In this document: positions 12,377 through 24,555 of the stretch, piece by piece | Layout: the number at the start of each line of letters is the position of its first letter | Position numbering within the stretch: position 1 is the stretch's first letter | Assembly (NCBI RefSeq): GCF_001194135.2 | Contig: NC_068982.1 | Span: 14,689,071-14,753,070, forward strand | Length of the DNA stretch: 64,000 bases | Reading direction: 5' to 3' | DNA from: Octopus bimaculoides | Taxonomy: Eukaryota | Position numbers and translations under genes: made by a program | Notes under the pieces: generated by a model | Seen by the model: the letters and a program-made list of their open reading frames with translations, nothing else | What the model was told of the DNA's origin: nothing | The model's database searches: none

Positions 12377-13334
12377 TATAAATGAAATGTGTTCAATACA
12401 TTTGTCATACATTTAGAAAATTTGCTGTAATGGAAATAAATTTAGGCTATGTGAAGCTGTTATGAATTCCCTTTAGTAGGTTCTGCTTTTCCAGAGCTTT
12501 TTATTCACTATTTGTGCAGCATAAAGCCCATGACTGCAAAACGAAAATAGCTCACTATTTTGGCTTTTATCTCTGTTACAACATTTTGAAATGTTTCACA
12601 TGGGAGAGAAGAAACAATATACTTGTGCCTAATCAAAATGCCTCACATTTTCTTGATAAAGTTTAGACTGCTATGTTACTTGGTAGAGCAGTATTAAAAA
12701 TGTTACTAGAACACCTGAATATACATTCAAATAAATTTTCTAAATACTTGTCTATTTAAGAAACAGCCTAGATTTTGAACAACCATTACTCTCATAATCA
12801 AGAAGCTATGTGACATTTGGTATACCAATTATCATTTGTGTGGATTAGAGGAAGCCAACACTCTACAGTAACATTCTAAACATACAGAATCCATATAAAT
12901 TATTTGTTATTCATTTCTGGTATTAGTTAATTACACAAGCACAGGGTTGATATTTTCAAAGAAAGGATTATAGTGATTAAATCAACTTAGGTGAATTGAA
13001 ACCAATGAGAGAGCCCCTGTGCGGTCACTGCTAGACATAGCAACTAAATTTCTCTTAAATCACATCCAACTGCCTACAAAATGGAAGGTCACATAGGAAA
13101 GTGTAGATATGGAATAAAAGACAGAATAGAGATCAAGGCTTGAATGTCTTTGACTATAGAAATGCTCTGTCAGGAAGGATTACAGACACAGCAACAAAAT
13201 CTCAAATATTTTACTGGACTTTTTCTATTGACCTTAATGCAATGAAATTGAAAAACCAATTTGAATGCAAGATTTTATAGAAACAAACTGTAATTTATTT
13301 AATGTAGTACTCAGCTGGTCTTGCAAACTCACCA

Positions 13335-13540
13335 ACTATCATCATCATCACCATCATTTGACATCCATGTTCCATATTGGCATGGATTGAATGGTTCAAT
13401 AGGATCCAATGCTTCTAGGGGCTACATTGAGCTTTGGCATGATTTCTACAATTAGATGCCCTTCTTAATGCCAACCACTTTACAGTGTGTACTGGGGGCT
13501 TTTCTCATGTTACTAGTGAGATCACCATGCAGCTTGCAAC
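13335..13540 (-). mobile_element. Degenerate RTE-like LINE 3' end
   Basis: (cat)n ttgacatccatgttccat.. and agatgcccttcttaatgccaaccac. Confidence 0.6.
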
Positions 13541-14068
13541 CCAAGAGGGCGGGCTTTACACTAGTAGATGAGGATTAAGGTATGAAAGAAGTGGGTGGGA
13601 CAGAGTAGGTTCTAGTTGTAAGGGATCTAAATGGTTAGTCACATTTAGGAGAGAGTTTACGGAAGATTCAGTACTAGCCATAAAAAGACAAAACATGGTG
13701 ATGAAGTGTCCTGGTGGTACTTCAAGATATGAGGTGGGTAGAAGTGAGTGGAGAACAGAGAAACTAGGAGTAGGTGGGGCTTTGTAAGCATGTGGTGGCA
13801 GGTGAACAGAGATAGGGGAAATGCTCATAAGGAATGGGTAGGGTTGAAGGTTTGATGTGAGGTTGGGGATTGTTAATGGTGCCTGAATTAGGGAAGGAGA
13901 ATTAGGGAGTGTAACAGGTGGACAAGAGAGAGATGATATGTTTGGGTAGGCCACAGGAGATGAGGGGAGAGAGAGAATCGGATGTAGTGCATGAGAATAG
14001 AATTCAGTGGTCCCGTGAGTGGGGTAGAGTATATCAATGTGACATGTGGATGTAGGAGACAATATTAA

Positions 14069-14278
14069 TCCTTTTGGTACCAACCCATCAGAGACTACCC
14101 CTGGTTTAGTGACTAACTATTTTAAAGTGAGCTAAATATGCCATCAAACGCGTATGTTAATTTACGTTCCAGACAACAGTTTAATAATTACTAAGTTATT
14201 TCACTAAATTCTTCATTATTTTAAGAATTAGTTGAAACAAAGTTAGAGTATGTCAACAGGAATATGGTAACACATGGG
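14069..14278. mobile_element. piggyBac-like MITE
   Basis: TTAA at 14065-14068 and 14279-14282; degenerate TIRs tccttttggtacc / ggtaacacatggg. Confidence 0.5.
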
Positions 14279-14829
14279 TTAATCGATAAGAGAATGTGGT
14301 ATCAGGAGGGGGTGAGGTAGGTAGTTGCAGTGGGAGAGATGTGGTGGAGGGGAAGGGGCACAAAAATGTTGTTAACACACAACAATCTAATAAAAGTGAA
14401 CTGCACTAACCGGTCGGGTGATTCAAATGTTGTATGAATAATTGTTTCTTAGAGAGGCACAAGGTGGAAAATTTTGAGGGGGACAGGATTAGACAAGGAA
14501 ATCAACCCCAGGACATGTACCAAAATGTGTACCAGTATATGACCGGTAAAATGCTTCATTAACTCTATAAAGGTGTAAAGCATAGTTGATGTTAAGAGAA
14601 TTTGAATTGAGAACATAAAGATCAGGAACAAATACTACAAGGTATGTTGTCTGATTCTCCAGTGATTTTAGTAATTAGCACATTATTTACTGTATTAATA
14701 ATGACAGGAATATTAATTTTTTTAAGGGGTCTTGATCTGAAAGTCTTTTTATGCAAAGATAGAAGACTGGCAGAATCTTTACAATGCCTTGTAATATTTA
14801 ATTACAGCCACTTATGTACTGAATGAAGG

Positions 14830-15065
14830 CATATTAGTTTAGCTGTTGAGGTGTTGCATTAATCATCATCAGATCATGGCTTCAATCCCTGGACCAGGCA
14901 GTATGTTTTGTTATTGAGCAAAACACTTCAGTTCATGTTGCTCCGATCCAAATGCGCTCCAACAATAGCTGGGGAATTAACCCTGTGATGGATCAGCTTC
15001 CCATCCAGGGGTAGGAAGTGTTATAATCTCAGTCTCTTATACACTGGAATATAGGTTAAGTTATG
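14830..15065 (+). mobile_element. Degenerate SINE, family D
   Basis: ttcaatccctggaccagg..ttgagcaaaacacttc..gttgctcc motifs shared with 19683-19932. Confidence 0.55.
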
Positions 15066-15414
15066 GCCTTATGAGGCTCCAGACAAACCTAAGCCTTAAT
15101 GTTTTGAGTTCAAACCAAACCAAGCTCAACTTTGCCTTTCATCCTTTCTAGCATCGATAAAATAAGTACCTTATATACATTAACACTTGATACAGTCGAC
15201 TGCACTTTCATTTATAGCACTGTGCTGTTGTCAAAAATCAATCTTTGGAGATTTTACAAAATTTCTATTTTTTGGGTTGAAAGAGGATTTTCAGTTTGCC
15301 ATAGTCATTATAGACATTACAGATACAATCATTTCTGTGCCTTCCTATCAATATCTAAGTACTTACAGGTTTGATGATGCAAAAACGAAAAACAGAACAC
15401 AAAACATAAGTATG

Positions 15415-15471
<57 letters not shown>

Positions 15472-15475
15472 GTCT

Positions 15476-15953
15476 NNNNNNNNNNNNNNNNNNNNNNNNN
15501 NNNNNNNNNNNNNNNNNNNNNNNNNNNNNNNNNNNNNNNNNNNNNNNNNNNNNNNNNNNNNNNNNNNNNNNNNNNNNNNNNNNNNNNNNNNNNNNNNNNN
15601 NNNNNNNNNNNNNNNNNNNNNNNNNNNNNNNNNNNNNNNNNNNNNNNNNNNNNNNNNNNNNNNNNNNNNNNNNNNNNNNNNNNNNNNNNNNNNNNNNNNN
15701 NNNNNNNNNNNNNNNNNNNNNNNNNNNNNNNNNNNNNNNNNNNNNNNNNNNNNNNNNNNNNNNNNNNNNNNNNNNNNNNNNNNNNNNNNNNNNNNNNNNN
15801 NNNNNNNNNNNNNNNNNNNNNNNNNNNNNNNNNNNNNNNNNNNNNNNNNNNNNNNNNNNNNNNNNNNNNNNNNNNNNNNNNNNNNNNNNNNNNNNNNNNN
15901 NNNNNNNNNNNNNNNNNNNNNNNNNNNNNNNNNNNNNNNNNNNNNNNNNNNNN
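15476..15953. other. Assembly gap after (TA)n
   Basis: Run of N. Confidence 1.
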
Positions 15954-15954
15954 T

Positions 15955-16375
15955 TAGCAAAAGCAGGGTAGCGAGCTGAGCTGGCAGGAAAGTTAGCATA
16001 CCAGGCAAAATGCTTTCGTCTGTCTTTGTTCTGAGTTCAAATTCCTCCAAGGTCAACTTTGCCTTTCATCATTTCAGGGTCAATGAATTAAGTACCAGTT
16101 GCATACTGGCATCAATCTAATCAACCAGCCCCCTCCCCCAAAATTTTGGGCTTTGTGCCTAAAGTAGAAATGAATCATTAGCACGCCAGGCAAAATGCTT
16201 AGTACTATTTCATCCATCTTTATGTTCTGAGTTCAAATTCCACCAAAAGGTCAACTATGCTTTTCATTCGTTCGGGGATCAATGAAGAAAGTACCAGTTA
16301 AGTACTGGGGTTGATGCTAATCAACTTACCCTCTCCCATGAAATTGCTGGCCTTGTGCTAGAATTTGAAATCAAC
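15955..16375 (+). mobile_element. Two tandem SINE family B copies
   Basis: ttagca..ccaggcaaaatgct..gttctgagttcaaattcc..ggtcaact..taagtaccagtt occurs twice. Confidence 0.8.
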
Positions 16376-16482
16376 ATTTAGCAGAAGCAACAGTGTGATT
16401 CAAAGGCCAAGAGTCTCAAGTTTGATCAGTGGTAACACATGAAACTCTCAGCCTTTGAGTCACTCTATTGCTTCTGCTAAAT
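16376..16482. repeat. Hairpin, 43-bp arms and 21-nt loop
   Basis: atttagcagaagcaacagtgtgattcaaaggccaagagtctca versus its near reverse complement; 6 differences. Confidence 0.85.
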
Positions 16483-17051
16483 ATTAACAAAGATATATCT
16501 AAGTACTTATCAATCTTTTCTTTTTCTTTCAAGCAACACTCACCATAAAAGATGTGTAAAAAAAATATAAAGAAAAACCGTCAATCATCTCACATAATTT
16601 CTTTTGTGAATTCTAACAAAATTTAGTCTATTATGGTCAGATTATAGTAAAAAATCCCCACAGGATTTCACTTTGTTGGAGATTATCTTATTGATTTTGG
16701 CTGATGAGTCTATAATTTCACATTAACTTTCATATATTTCTTATATGTCTCCTATTACAAGTCTTACAAACTTTCCATTGTTGTTCCTATTATTAAAAGT
16801 GGTGAAGCGGCAGAAACAGAAGAGAGATGAAGACTAAATGCCTTACAGCAACTAGTTTAGTCAGTTCATTGTGTGTATTGAGATAAAGTCTTCCAAGAAT
16901 TAGTTTTGCCTTTTGTTCCTCCTGGATAATATAAATACCAAATATATATTGAGGTTGATTTACTTAACTTTTAGTAATTACCAAACAGTGGAACCTATTG
17001 TTAATGCACAAAGCCATTATTATTACTAATATTATTATTATCATTATTATT

Positions 17052-17355
17052 ATTGCCTTTGCACAGCTTCTAACGCTGGAGATGTACTACGGTGTCAGCT
17101 GTTCACAACCAGTGAACTAAGGTAACACCTCTTATTTTCCGAGCACCTTCAGGAGTATTCGAGTGGTTCCAAGCAATGCAGTTTTCTGCAAGTGCTCCAC
17201 CCTTATTGCAGCCCCTATTTGTTCCACTTACTTCTCAAGATTTTTACTCACTGTTCCCAGGGCTCTGACAATTATTGGTACTACTACCACCTTTTCCATC
17301 GACCACAACTGCTTAACTTCCCAAGCTAACTTGTCATATCTCTCGACTTTTCATC
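17052..17355 (-). mobile_element. 5'-truncated non-LTR retrotransposon, restriction-like-endonuclease (RLE) type C-terminus (R4/Dong-like)
   Basis: KVERYDKLAWEVKQLWSMEKVVVVPIIVRALGTVSKNLEK*VEQIGAAIRVEHLQKTALLGTTRILLKVLGK*, short 3' UTR, (TAA)n on both sides. Confidence 0.75.
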
Positions 17356-17401
<46 letters not shown>

Positions 17402-17405
<4 letters not shown>

Positions 17406-17618
17406 TTTTCTACTCTAGGCACAAGGCCCGAAATTTTGTGGGAGTGGGCCAGTCGATTAGATCGACCCCAGTATGTAACTTGTACTTAATTTATCAACCC
17501 GAAAAGGATGAAAGGCAAAGTCGACCTCGGTGGAATTTGAACTCAGAATGTAAAGACAGACGAAATACTACTAAGCATTTAACCCAGCATGCTAACTTTT
17601 CTGCCAGCTTGCTGCCTT
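17402..17618 (-). mobile_element. SINE family B with (AAT)n tail
   Basis: Full family motifs; tail at about 17356-17403. Confidence 0.85.
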
Positions 17619-18287
17619 AATCAGAAGCAAATATTGTTATTGTTGTTGTTGTTGTTGCTGTTGTTGTTAATCTATTGTTGCTGTTTCATCGTTATTACAA
17701 CTCATTCACTGTACACTTCCTGTGCATTATTCTATGTACTGTTCAGGCACATTTGGCTACTTTTTCTGATAAGTTGTAGTACACCTGAGCACTGTATACA
17801 ATAAGTTCATTATTACTATTATTATCATTATTATTATCATTTAATACCATTATTGTATGTTAATGATGGTAGATGTAGGCCAAACCTCATTTGTTCATAA
17901 CTTGAAAAAGAAACTTGTTAGCAATTATACAGACAATTAAGAATTTTTGCATATAGCATTCAGCACATCAACTCCTAATTTAATTAGAGATACACATTTG
18001 TAGACATCTACTTAAAAAAAGGAAATAAATCAGCAAAAACAAAACTAGTTACCAATTCTTGCCCTAGCAAAGCAGGTATTTATTTTCTTTTGCTTGATTT
18101 GTCCAATAATATAAATCTATCATGACAGCCTGACAGATTAAAAATGGAGACTGTGAACATATGGAAAGAATGGTAATTAGTGAAAGAGAACAAAAGGATA
18201 GGAGTTTTGCTATTAACCTCTCTTTGACTCTAGACAAGTATTTGTCCATGTGAACAGCAGTTGACAACTTAACCTGCTGGTTGTGAA

Positions 18288-18470
18288 GGTACATGGCTTA
18301 GTGGTTAGAGGTATTCAGCCCACAATCATTAAGGTTATGAGTTCAATAGCCAGCAACATGTTGTGTCCTTGAGCAAGACTCTTGATTTCACATTACTCCA
18401 GTTCATCCAGCTAGTAAAAATGAGTATCGACTGTATTTCAAAAAAACCAGCTTTGTCACATTGAATGTCA
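18288..18470 (+). mobile_element. SINE family D fragment
   Basis: ggcttagtggttag head; tgtgtccttgagcaagac central motif. Confidence 0.7.
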
Positions 18471-18624
18471 TGCTTGAAGGTTCAAAATAATCTACAACAC
18501 TCTTCGAAGGTGATGCCCCAGCATGGCCACAGTCCAACGACTGAAACCATTGAAAGAAAAACCACAACTGAAATGGTTTGTTAACATTGAGAAATGTAAT
18601 GAAGAATAGTTTATAACCTTTTAC

Positions 18625-19085
18625 CTTTTGCTATTTACTTGTTTCAATCATTAGACCGTGGCCATGGTGGGGCACTGCCTTGAAGAATTTTTAGCCGAAT
18701 GAATCGATGCCAGTACCTGTTCTTTTTTAAACCTGGTACTTATTCTTATTTCTTTATTGCCCACAAGGGGCTAAACATAGAGGAGACAAGCAAGGACAGA
18801 CAAAGGGATTAAGTCGATTACATCGACCCCAGTGCATAACTGGTACTTAATTTATCAACCCCAAAAGGATGAAAGACAAAGTCGACCTCGGCGGAATTTG
18901 AACTCAGAACGTAATGGCAGATGAAATACCACTAAGTATTTTGCCCGGTGTGCTAACATTTCTGCCAGCTCGCCACCTTCTGGTACTTATTCTATCGGTC
19001 TCTTTTGTCAAACTTCAAAGTTACAGACACATAAGCACACCAGCATCTGTTGTCAAGTGATGGTGGAGACAAACACAAACACACA
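18625..19085 (-). mobile_element. SINE family A 3' half interrupted by a family B copy (18747-18979)
   Basis: 14-bp TSD ctggtacttattct at 18733-18746 and 18980-18993. Confidence 0.85.
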
Positions 19086-19614
19086 CACACACACATATAT
19101 ATACATATATAAAGAGAGAGACAACAAGCCTCTGTCAGTTATAAAGAAGAAAATTCTACATATATATATCACATTAATTTTGAAGAAGCTTTAATAAGAT
19201 GAACAACATGCGAAAAGGAAAATAAGAAAAGTCAAATATTATCTCTCTATTAAAATAGATAATTGTATGAAAATAGGCAACATGTAAAATGTATGCAATT
19301 GGACATTACAAATTACAGAAACAGAAATATGATATTAAAAATGGGACAAATAACTAGAGATAAAATGTAGAAATTGGTTTGCAACATAATATAATTCAGT
19401 TGATGTTTGAATTCAACTAGTGTTTTTTGACAGCATGTACAAAACTTTGGTTTCCTATCTGAAGCTAGCTTAAGTTACATAGCCACAGATTTTATATATG
19501 AATTTTTCTTAATTTGAAAAGAGAAAAAGGGCATCAGTGTATTTTAGAAAGTTTTAAATTAGGTTTCACCAAGACAAAGTTTTATCTCTGGGTGTTTAAC
19601 CTGTGAGCAGAGAA

Positions 19615-19656
<42 letters not shown>

Positions 19657-19682
19657 CAACACACACATATAATAAATAAATA

Positions 19683-19932
19683 AATGCGCCCTTTTAAAGG
19701 CTAGCCAAGCTCATGGGCCCAGTTTCCCGGTTTCAATGGCAAATGTGTTCCCCAGCTGGACAGGACAGCAGTCCATCACAGTGTTACTCATTTTTGCCAT
19801 CTGAGTGGACTGGAGCAACATGAAATGAAGTGTTTTGCTCAAGAACACAACACATTGCCCGGTCCAGGAATCGAAACCACAATCTTACGATCATGGTGCT
19901 GACACCCTAACCACTAAGCCACGCACCTCCAC
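19683..19932 (-). mobile_element. tRNA-headed SINE, family D
   Basis: Reverse complement begins ggaggtgcgtggcttagtggttagggtgtcagcaccatgatcgtaagattgtggtttcgattcc (A and B boxes); near-identical to 62758-63005. Confidence 0.85.
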
Positions 19933-20567
19933 ACACACACATATACACACACTTAATTTACCATATTTGTTGGCATGAAAAATACATGGGCATATTAGGT
20001 ACATCTTATTTTCAGCAGTGTATATTTAGGAAAAAGAAAAAGGTGCATTAAAGGATTTTGGGAGGCTCAACTTTGGATATAAGACCCAGCAGTATTTTTA
20101 AGACACTTTTGAAGGTAAAAGTGTGTTTTATATGCTATCAAATGTGATATTTATAAAGTGTGGTGCCAAACATCAGGAAGACTATTTGGTAGCAGTATCT
20201 CTTTTATATGTAGAGGCCCAAAAAGATCTTAATGAAAAGATCTTAATGAATAATTATGCACAAAGGCTGAGCCATTCGTAGATATCGCTGGATGGTAAAT
20301 AACAGAAAGTGGACAACTTCAGAAGTCACAACTTCCAGCTCTTGATTAAAATGGCTAATCTGCATTTTGAGTGAAGCATAAAATAAGAATGAGTTTTCAG
20401 GACTTGCGTATGTTATTAGTTACTTGTTGTTTTCCATTTGTTTAACAATGTTGTCAGTAAAACACAATTCATAGATATGAGATGAAGGGTAGAAATTATA
20501 TTTAGGACTGCAGTGATTTCCAAAGACCCTATCATCTTAAAAATGAAACACATTGAACAGTGAACAG

Positions 20568-20803
20568 ACATGGCCAAAAGTTTGGAACATAAATCTGAAA
20601 ATTAGAATTTTTATATTAAATGCTGAAAGATATATTTAATTTGATATTATTACTTGGCCAAATGTTTGGAACATCGGTCTAAAAATTAGAATTTTTATAT
20701 TAAATGCCCAAATATATATATTGTACATATTTGAATCAATTTGTACTTAGGCATAACAACTTTGATTTTTAAAAATATGTTCCAAACTTTTGGTAATAAA
20801 TGT
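20568..20803. mobile_element. Tc1-like MITE with internal duplication of about 85 bp
   Basis: tggccaaaagtttggaacat occurs twice (second copy degenerate); inverted tgttccaaacttttgg at the right end. Confidence 0.5.
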
Positions 20804-21028
20804 AGTATAGACAAACTGCATCAGAAAATAATTTTTAAAATAAACAGGTTAGTCTCATAGCAGGAATTTCTTTCATAATACATCTACCAGCCAAGGCTGA
20901 CTTGAAGGACTATACCAGAGGCATAGCCAGGTTCTAAAGTTAGGATGAGTGAGCACATAAGAAAAAGGTGCCATGACACATACCAAACAATTTTTAACTC
21001 ATTGCACAAAATATTTCATTGGTATATA

Positions 21029-21180
21029 GGCGTAGGAGTGGCTCTGTGGTAAGTACTTTGCGTCTGGGTTCAGTCCCACTGTATAGCACCTTGGGCAAGT
21101 GTCTTCTACTATATCTTTGAGCCGACCAAAGCCTTGTGAGTGGATTCGATAGACAGAAACTGAAAGAAGCCCATTGTATA

Positions 21181-21217
<37 letters not shown>

Positions 21218-21410
21218 CTGTGTCTGACACCCCACCATTGGTTGACAACCAATATTGGTGTGTTTACATCCCCGTAACTTAGTGATTCGGCAAAAGAGAC
21301 CGATAGGATAAGTACTAGGCTTACAAAGAATAAGTCCTGGGGTCGATTTGTTCAGCTAAAGGTGGTGCTCCAGCATGGTCGCAGTCAAATGACTGAAACA
21401 AATAAAAGAA
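21029..21410 (+). mobile_element. SINE family A, full length
   Basis: Head, (TG)n and tail motifs. Confidence 0.88.
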
Positions 21411-21645
21411 AGCTATAATATATGTAATTGCATTCTACATTCATTATTTTCATATGTCGTTATGTATGGAACTTACAACTACAGACATAGGTAACTAAAG
21501 AGTTTAAAACATTGTTCGAGAAGAGCCGTCACATCTCTTGCTCCCCCCCCCCATTAGCTATGCCACAGGACTAAACAACAACAACAACAATAAAACAAGA
21601 TTCAATCTTGATTAATTTAAAATGTAAAAAAAAATATATACTCAC

Positions 21646-22126
21646 CAATCAAATGAAGAACTTCCAGAGATGATAAACAGCTATAAATCCTTCGCATAAA
21701 TCCCTCCAAAAAGATTACCTCGGATAAACAAATGCAGAGACTTCGAAGGTTACAAGGAAAGGCGTTCAAATCATTGAAGTCATGTAATTGCATTGCATTT
21801 GAAAAGTCAAGTGTCATATACTTGAGGTTAGGACACTTATTGGCAAGGTCATGCAAGACAGGGGACGTGATCAGTTCACAGGGAAGCTCAATATATCGGA
21901 GAGTTGAACCGAAACGGATGTTTATTAAAGCCAGCAGTGTTTCAGTATTATTCACATGCAGACCGGAGAATTCAGGACGCAAGGATACCGCCTGCCACAG
22001 TCGACTGTCGTATGCAATGAGACGCCAACGTTTGCACACACGTGCAATTTTCCCAAGTTCTCGATGCTTGAGAAACGAAAATATCTGCAAGAGGATTTTA
22101 TCTGGCATCTCATTGATCAAGACGCT
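21646..22126 (-). CDS. Internal coding exon of an F-box/leucine-rich-repeat protein (SCF substrate receptor)
   Basis: Acceptor tttatttccag|AGC; 481 bp = SVLINEMPDKILLQIFSFLKHRELGKIARVCKRWRLIAYDSRLW (F-box) then LRR-like LRYIELPCEL..CPNLKYMTLDFS..LRSLCICLSEV..LEVLHLI-G; donor G|gtgagt; phase 0 in, phase 1 out. Confidence 0.95.
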
Positions 22127-22247
22127 CTGGAAATAAATTACAAGCATTATAAATTGAGTATGAAAACAACAGATAGTAAATTTAGTAATTTTTTGACATT
22201 TATTTCAGTATACTAAAACAAAGAAAAATAAATGATAAAACTTACCC

Positions 22248-22248
<1 letters not shown>

Positions 22249-22299
<51 letters not shown>

Positions 22300-22387
22300 N
22301 NNNNNNNNNNNNNNNNNNNNNNNNNNNNNNNNNNNNNNNNNNNNNNNNNNNNNNNNNNNNNNNNNNNNNNNNNNNNNNNGTGTGTGT

Positions 22388-22426
<39 letters not shown>
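22249..22426. repeat. (TG)n microsatellite with N gap
   Basis: Directly visible. Confidence 0.95.
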
Positions 22427-22427
<1 letters not shown>

Positions 22428-23334
22428 ACGTGTGCAAGAAATTTTATCTTATTATATTTAAAATGTTGATTTTTGTCTGTACATCACAGAACAAATTTCA
22501 TTTTAGTTCAACCAAAAAAGTTGTGCGACTGGAAAAAATAGATTAGAAGATAAACACAAATGATTCATTAAAGTTAACTGTTTTATACTGTCTCCTACTT
22601 TTGTGTCACAACCAAACTTAAAGGATAGAAAACAGTGGTTCTGTTCATACACCATTTTATAGGAAGCAGATCATCAAGGAGTTTATAAAAAAATGTACAA
22701 GATCATCCATTTTTTATGCACAGCAAAACTAGAAAGAAGAAATATTAATGTAGATAAACATTAAAAACCAAATTATACTCCATATTAGATTTCTTTGTAA
22801 AATATTGTGAAGCTAAAATTGAAGTGCCTAAAATCTTATCAATTTTTTTCAATATGGATTTCAGAGAAAACTTCTTTGAACACAAGTACAATAACATTTC
22901 TGGGTAGAGAAAGGACATTGTCCTCATTTTTCAAATGTGCCAAGAATTTATTTTTATATATTTCCCATTTAATAGTCTGTAATTTAGTTAAACACAATAT
23001 ATTCAATGAAATAAAATTAATTCTAAACAGTAAACCCAGGAGACATGCTGGTTTACATAATCGTCTTTGCATAACAATAGTTGATATAAATGTTGGTAGG
23101 TTGGTTGGTTGGTTGATTTCCCAAGTCATGCTTTACACGGTACAGAGAGGAGGGGGAGAAAGAGTAAAAGAAAGAGTAAAAGAGAGAATTCACATAATTG
23201 CAGAAAGTGTGTCTTATGACTTTCTGAAAAATACAGAATTTTGCAGAGATAGGTTTCCAACAGAGTAGACTGAAATTACATTGGTGAAATTTAAAAAAAT
23301 ACTAGCATGAACTGGTACTTTGTCAGTTATGAAG

Positions 23335-23620
23335 ACAAGTGTTCCAGTTCATCCATCAAAGGAACAGTCTGCTCATGAAATTAACATGCAAGTGGCTGAG
23401 TATTCCACAGACACATGTACCCTTAATGTAGTTCTCAGTGGGATTCAGCTTGACACAGACTTCAACAAGTCTGGCTCTTTGAAATACAAGTACTGTTCAT
23501 TTTTGGCAGACTGGAGTAACATGAACTAAAGTGTCTTGCTCAAGAACACAACATACAGCCAGGAATCAAACACACAGCTTTATGATTGTGAGCCAAATAC
23601 TTTAACCACTAAGCTATGTA
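23335..23620 (-). mobile_element. SINE family D (long-tail variant)
   Basis: aacagtctgctcatgaaattaacatgcaagtggctgag..gtgtcttgctcaagaacac..aaccactaagc; similar to 35390-35690 and 44955-45245. Confidence 0.8.
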
Positions 23621-23640
23621 ACATTCGCATACTGGCATTT

Positions 23641-24046
23641 TTTTATTCTTTTATTTGTTTCAGTCATTTGACTGTGACCATTCTGGAGCACTACCTTTAG
23701 TCAAATAAATCAACCCCAGGACTTATTGTTTGTGAAACTAGCACTTATTCTATCAGTCTATTTTGCCGAACCGCTAAGTGACGGAGACATAAACAAATCA
23801 GCATCGGTTGTCAAGCGATGGTAGGTGGACAAACACATACACACAAACATACATCCACACACACACACACATATATATATATATGACAGGCTTCTTTCAG
23901 TTTCCATCTACCAAATTCACTCACAAGGCTCTGGTTGGCCCAAGGCTACAGTAGAAGACACTTGCCCAAGGTGCCACACAGTGGGACTGAACATGGAACC
24001 ATGTGGTTGGTAAGCAAGATTCTTACCACACAGTCACTCCTGTGCC
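23641..24046 (-). mobile_element. SINE family A, full length
   Basis: Inverted relative to the 21029-21410 copy. Confidence 0.88.
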
Positions 24047-24116
24047 TATATATTTAATGCAAATATATAAACAAGAATTTTATTCTATTCAATTAAATTT
24101 GAAAGTAATAAGCATT

Positions 24117-24555
24117 TCATCATCATCATCGTTTAACGTCCGCTTTCCATGCTAGCATGGGTTGGACGATTTGACTGAGGACTGGTGAAACCGGATGGCA
24201 GCACCAGGCTCCAATCTAATTTGGCAAAGTTTCTACAGCTGGATGCCCTTCCTAACGCCAACCACTCAGAGAGTGTAGTGGGTGCTTTTACGTGTCACCC
24301 GCACGAGGGCCAGTCAGGTGGTACTGGCAACGGCCATGCTCAAAATGGTGTATTTTATGTGCCACCCGCACAAGAGCCAGTCCAGGGGCACTGGCAACGA
24401 TCTCGCTTGAAAATCCTATGAAGGCCAGTCAGGTGGTACTGGCAACGGCCACGCTCAAAATGGTGCATCCCATGTGCCACCCGCACAAGAGCCAGTCCAG
24501 GGGCACTGGCAATGATCTCACTTGGCTTGCCGGGTCTTCTCACGCACAGCACATG
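24117..24555 (-). mobile_element. RTE-like LINE 3' end including last codons, with internal tandem duplication of about 115 bp
   Basis: Reverse complement gives ..CAVREKTRQAK* then a 3' UTR ending aagcggacgttaaacgatgatg. Confidence 0.8.

Noticed and set aside
13556-14083. 175-aa Pro/Ser/Leu-rich minus-strand ORF
   Set aside because: Reflects a pyrimidine-rich strand bias next to a retroelement tail; no domain, typical of a spurious ORF.
21732-22216. Plus-strand ORFs overlapping the F-box exon
   Set aside because: Antisense shadows of the real coding exon.
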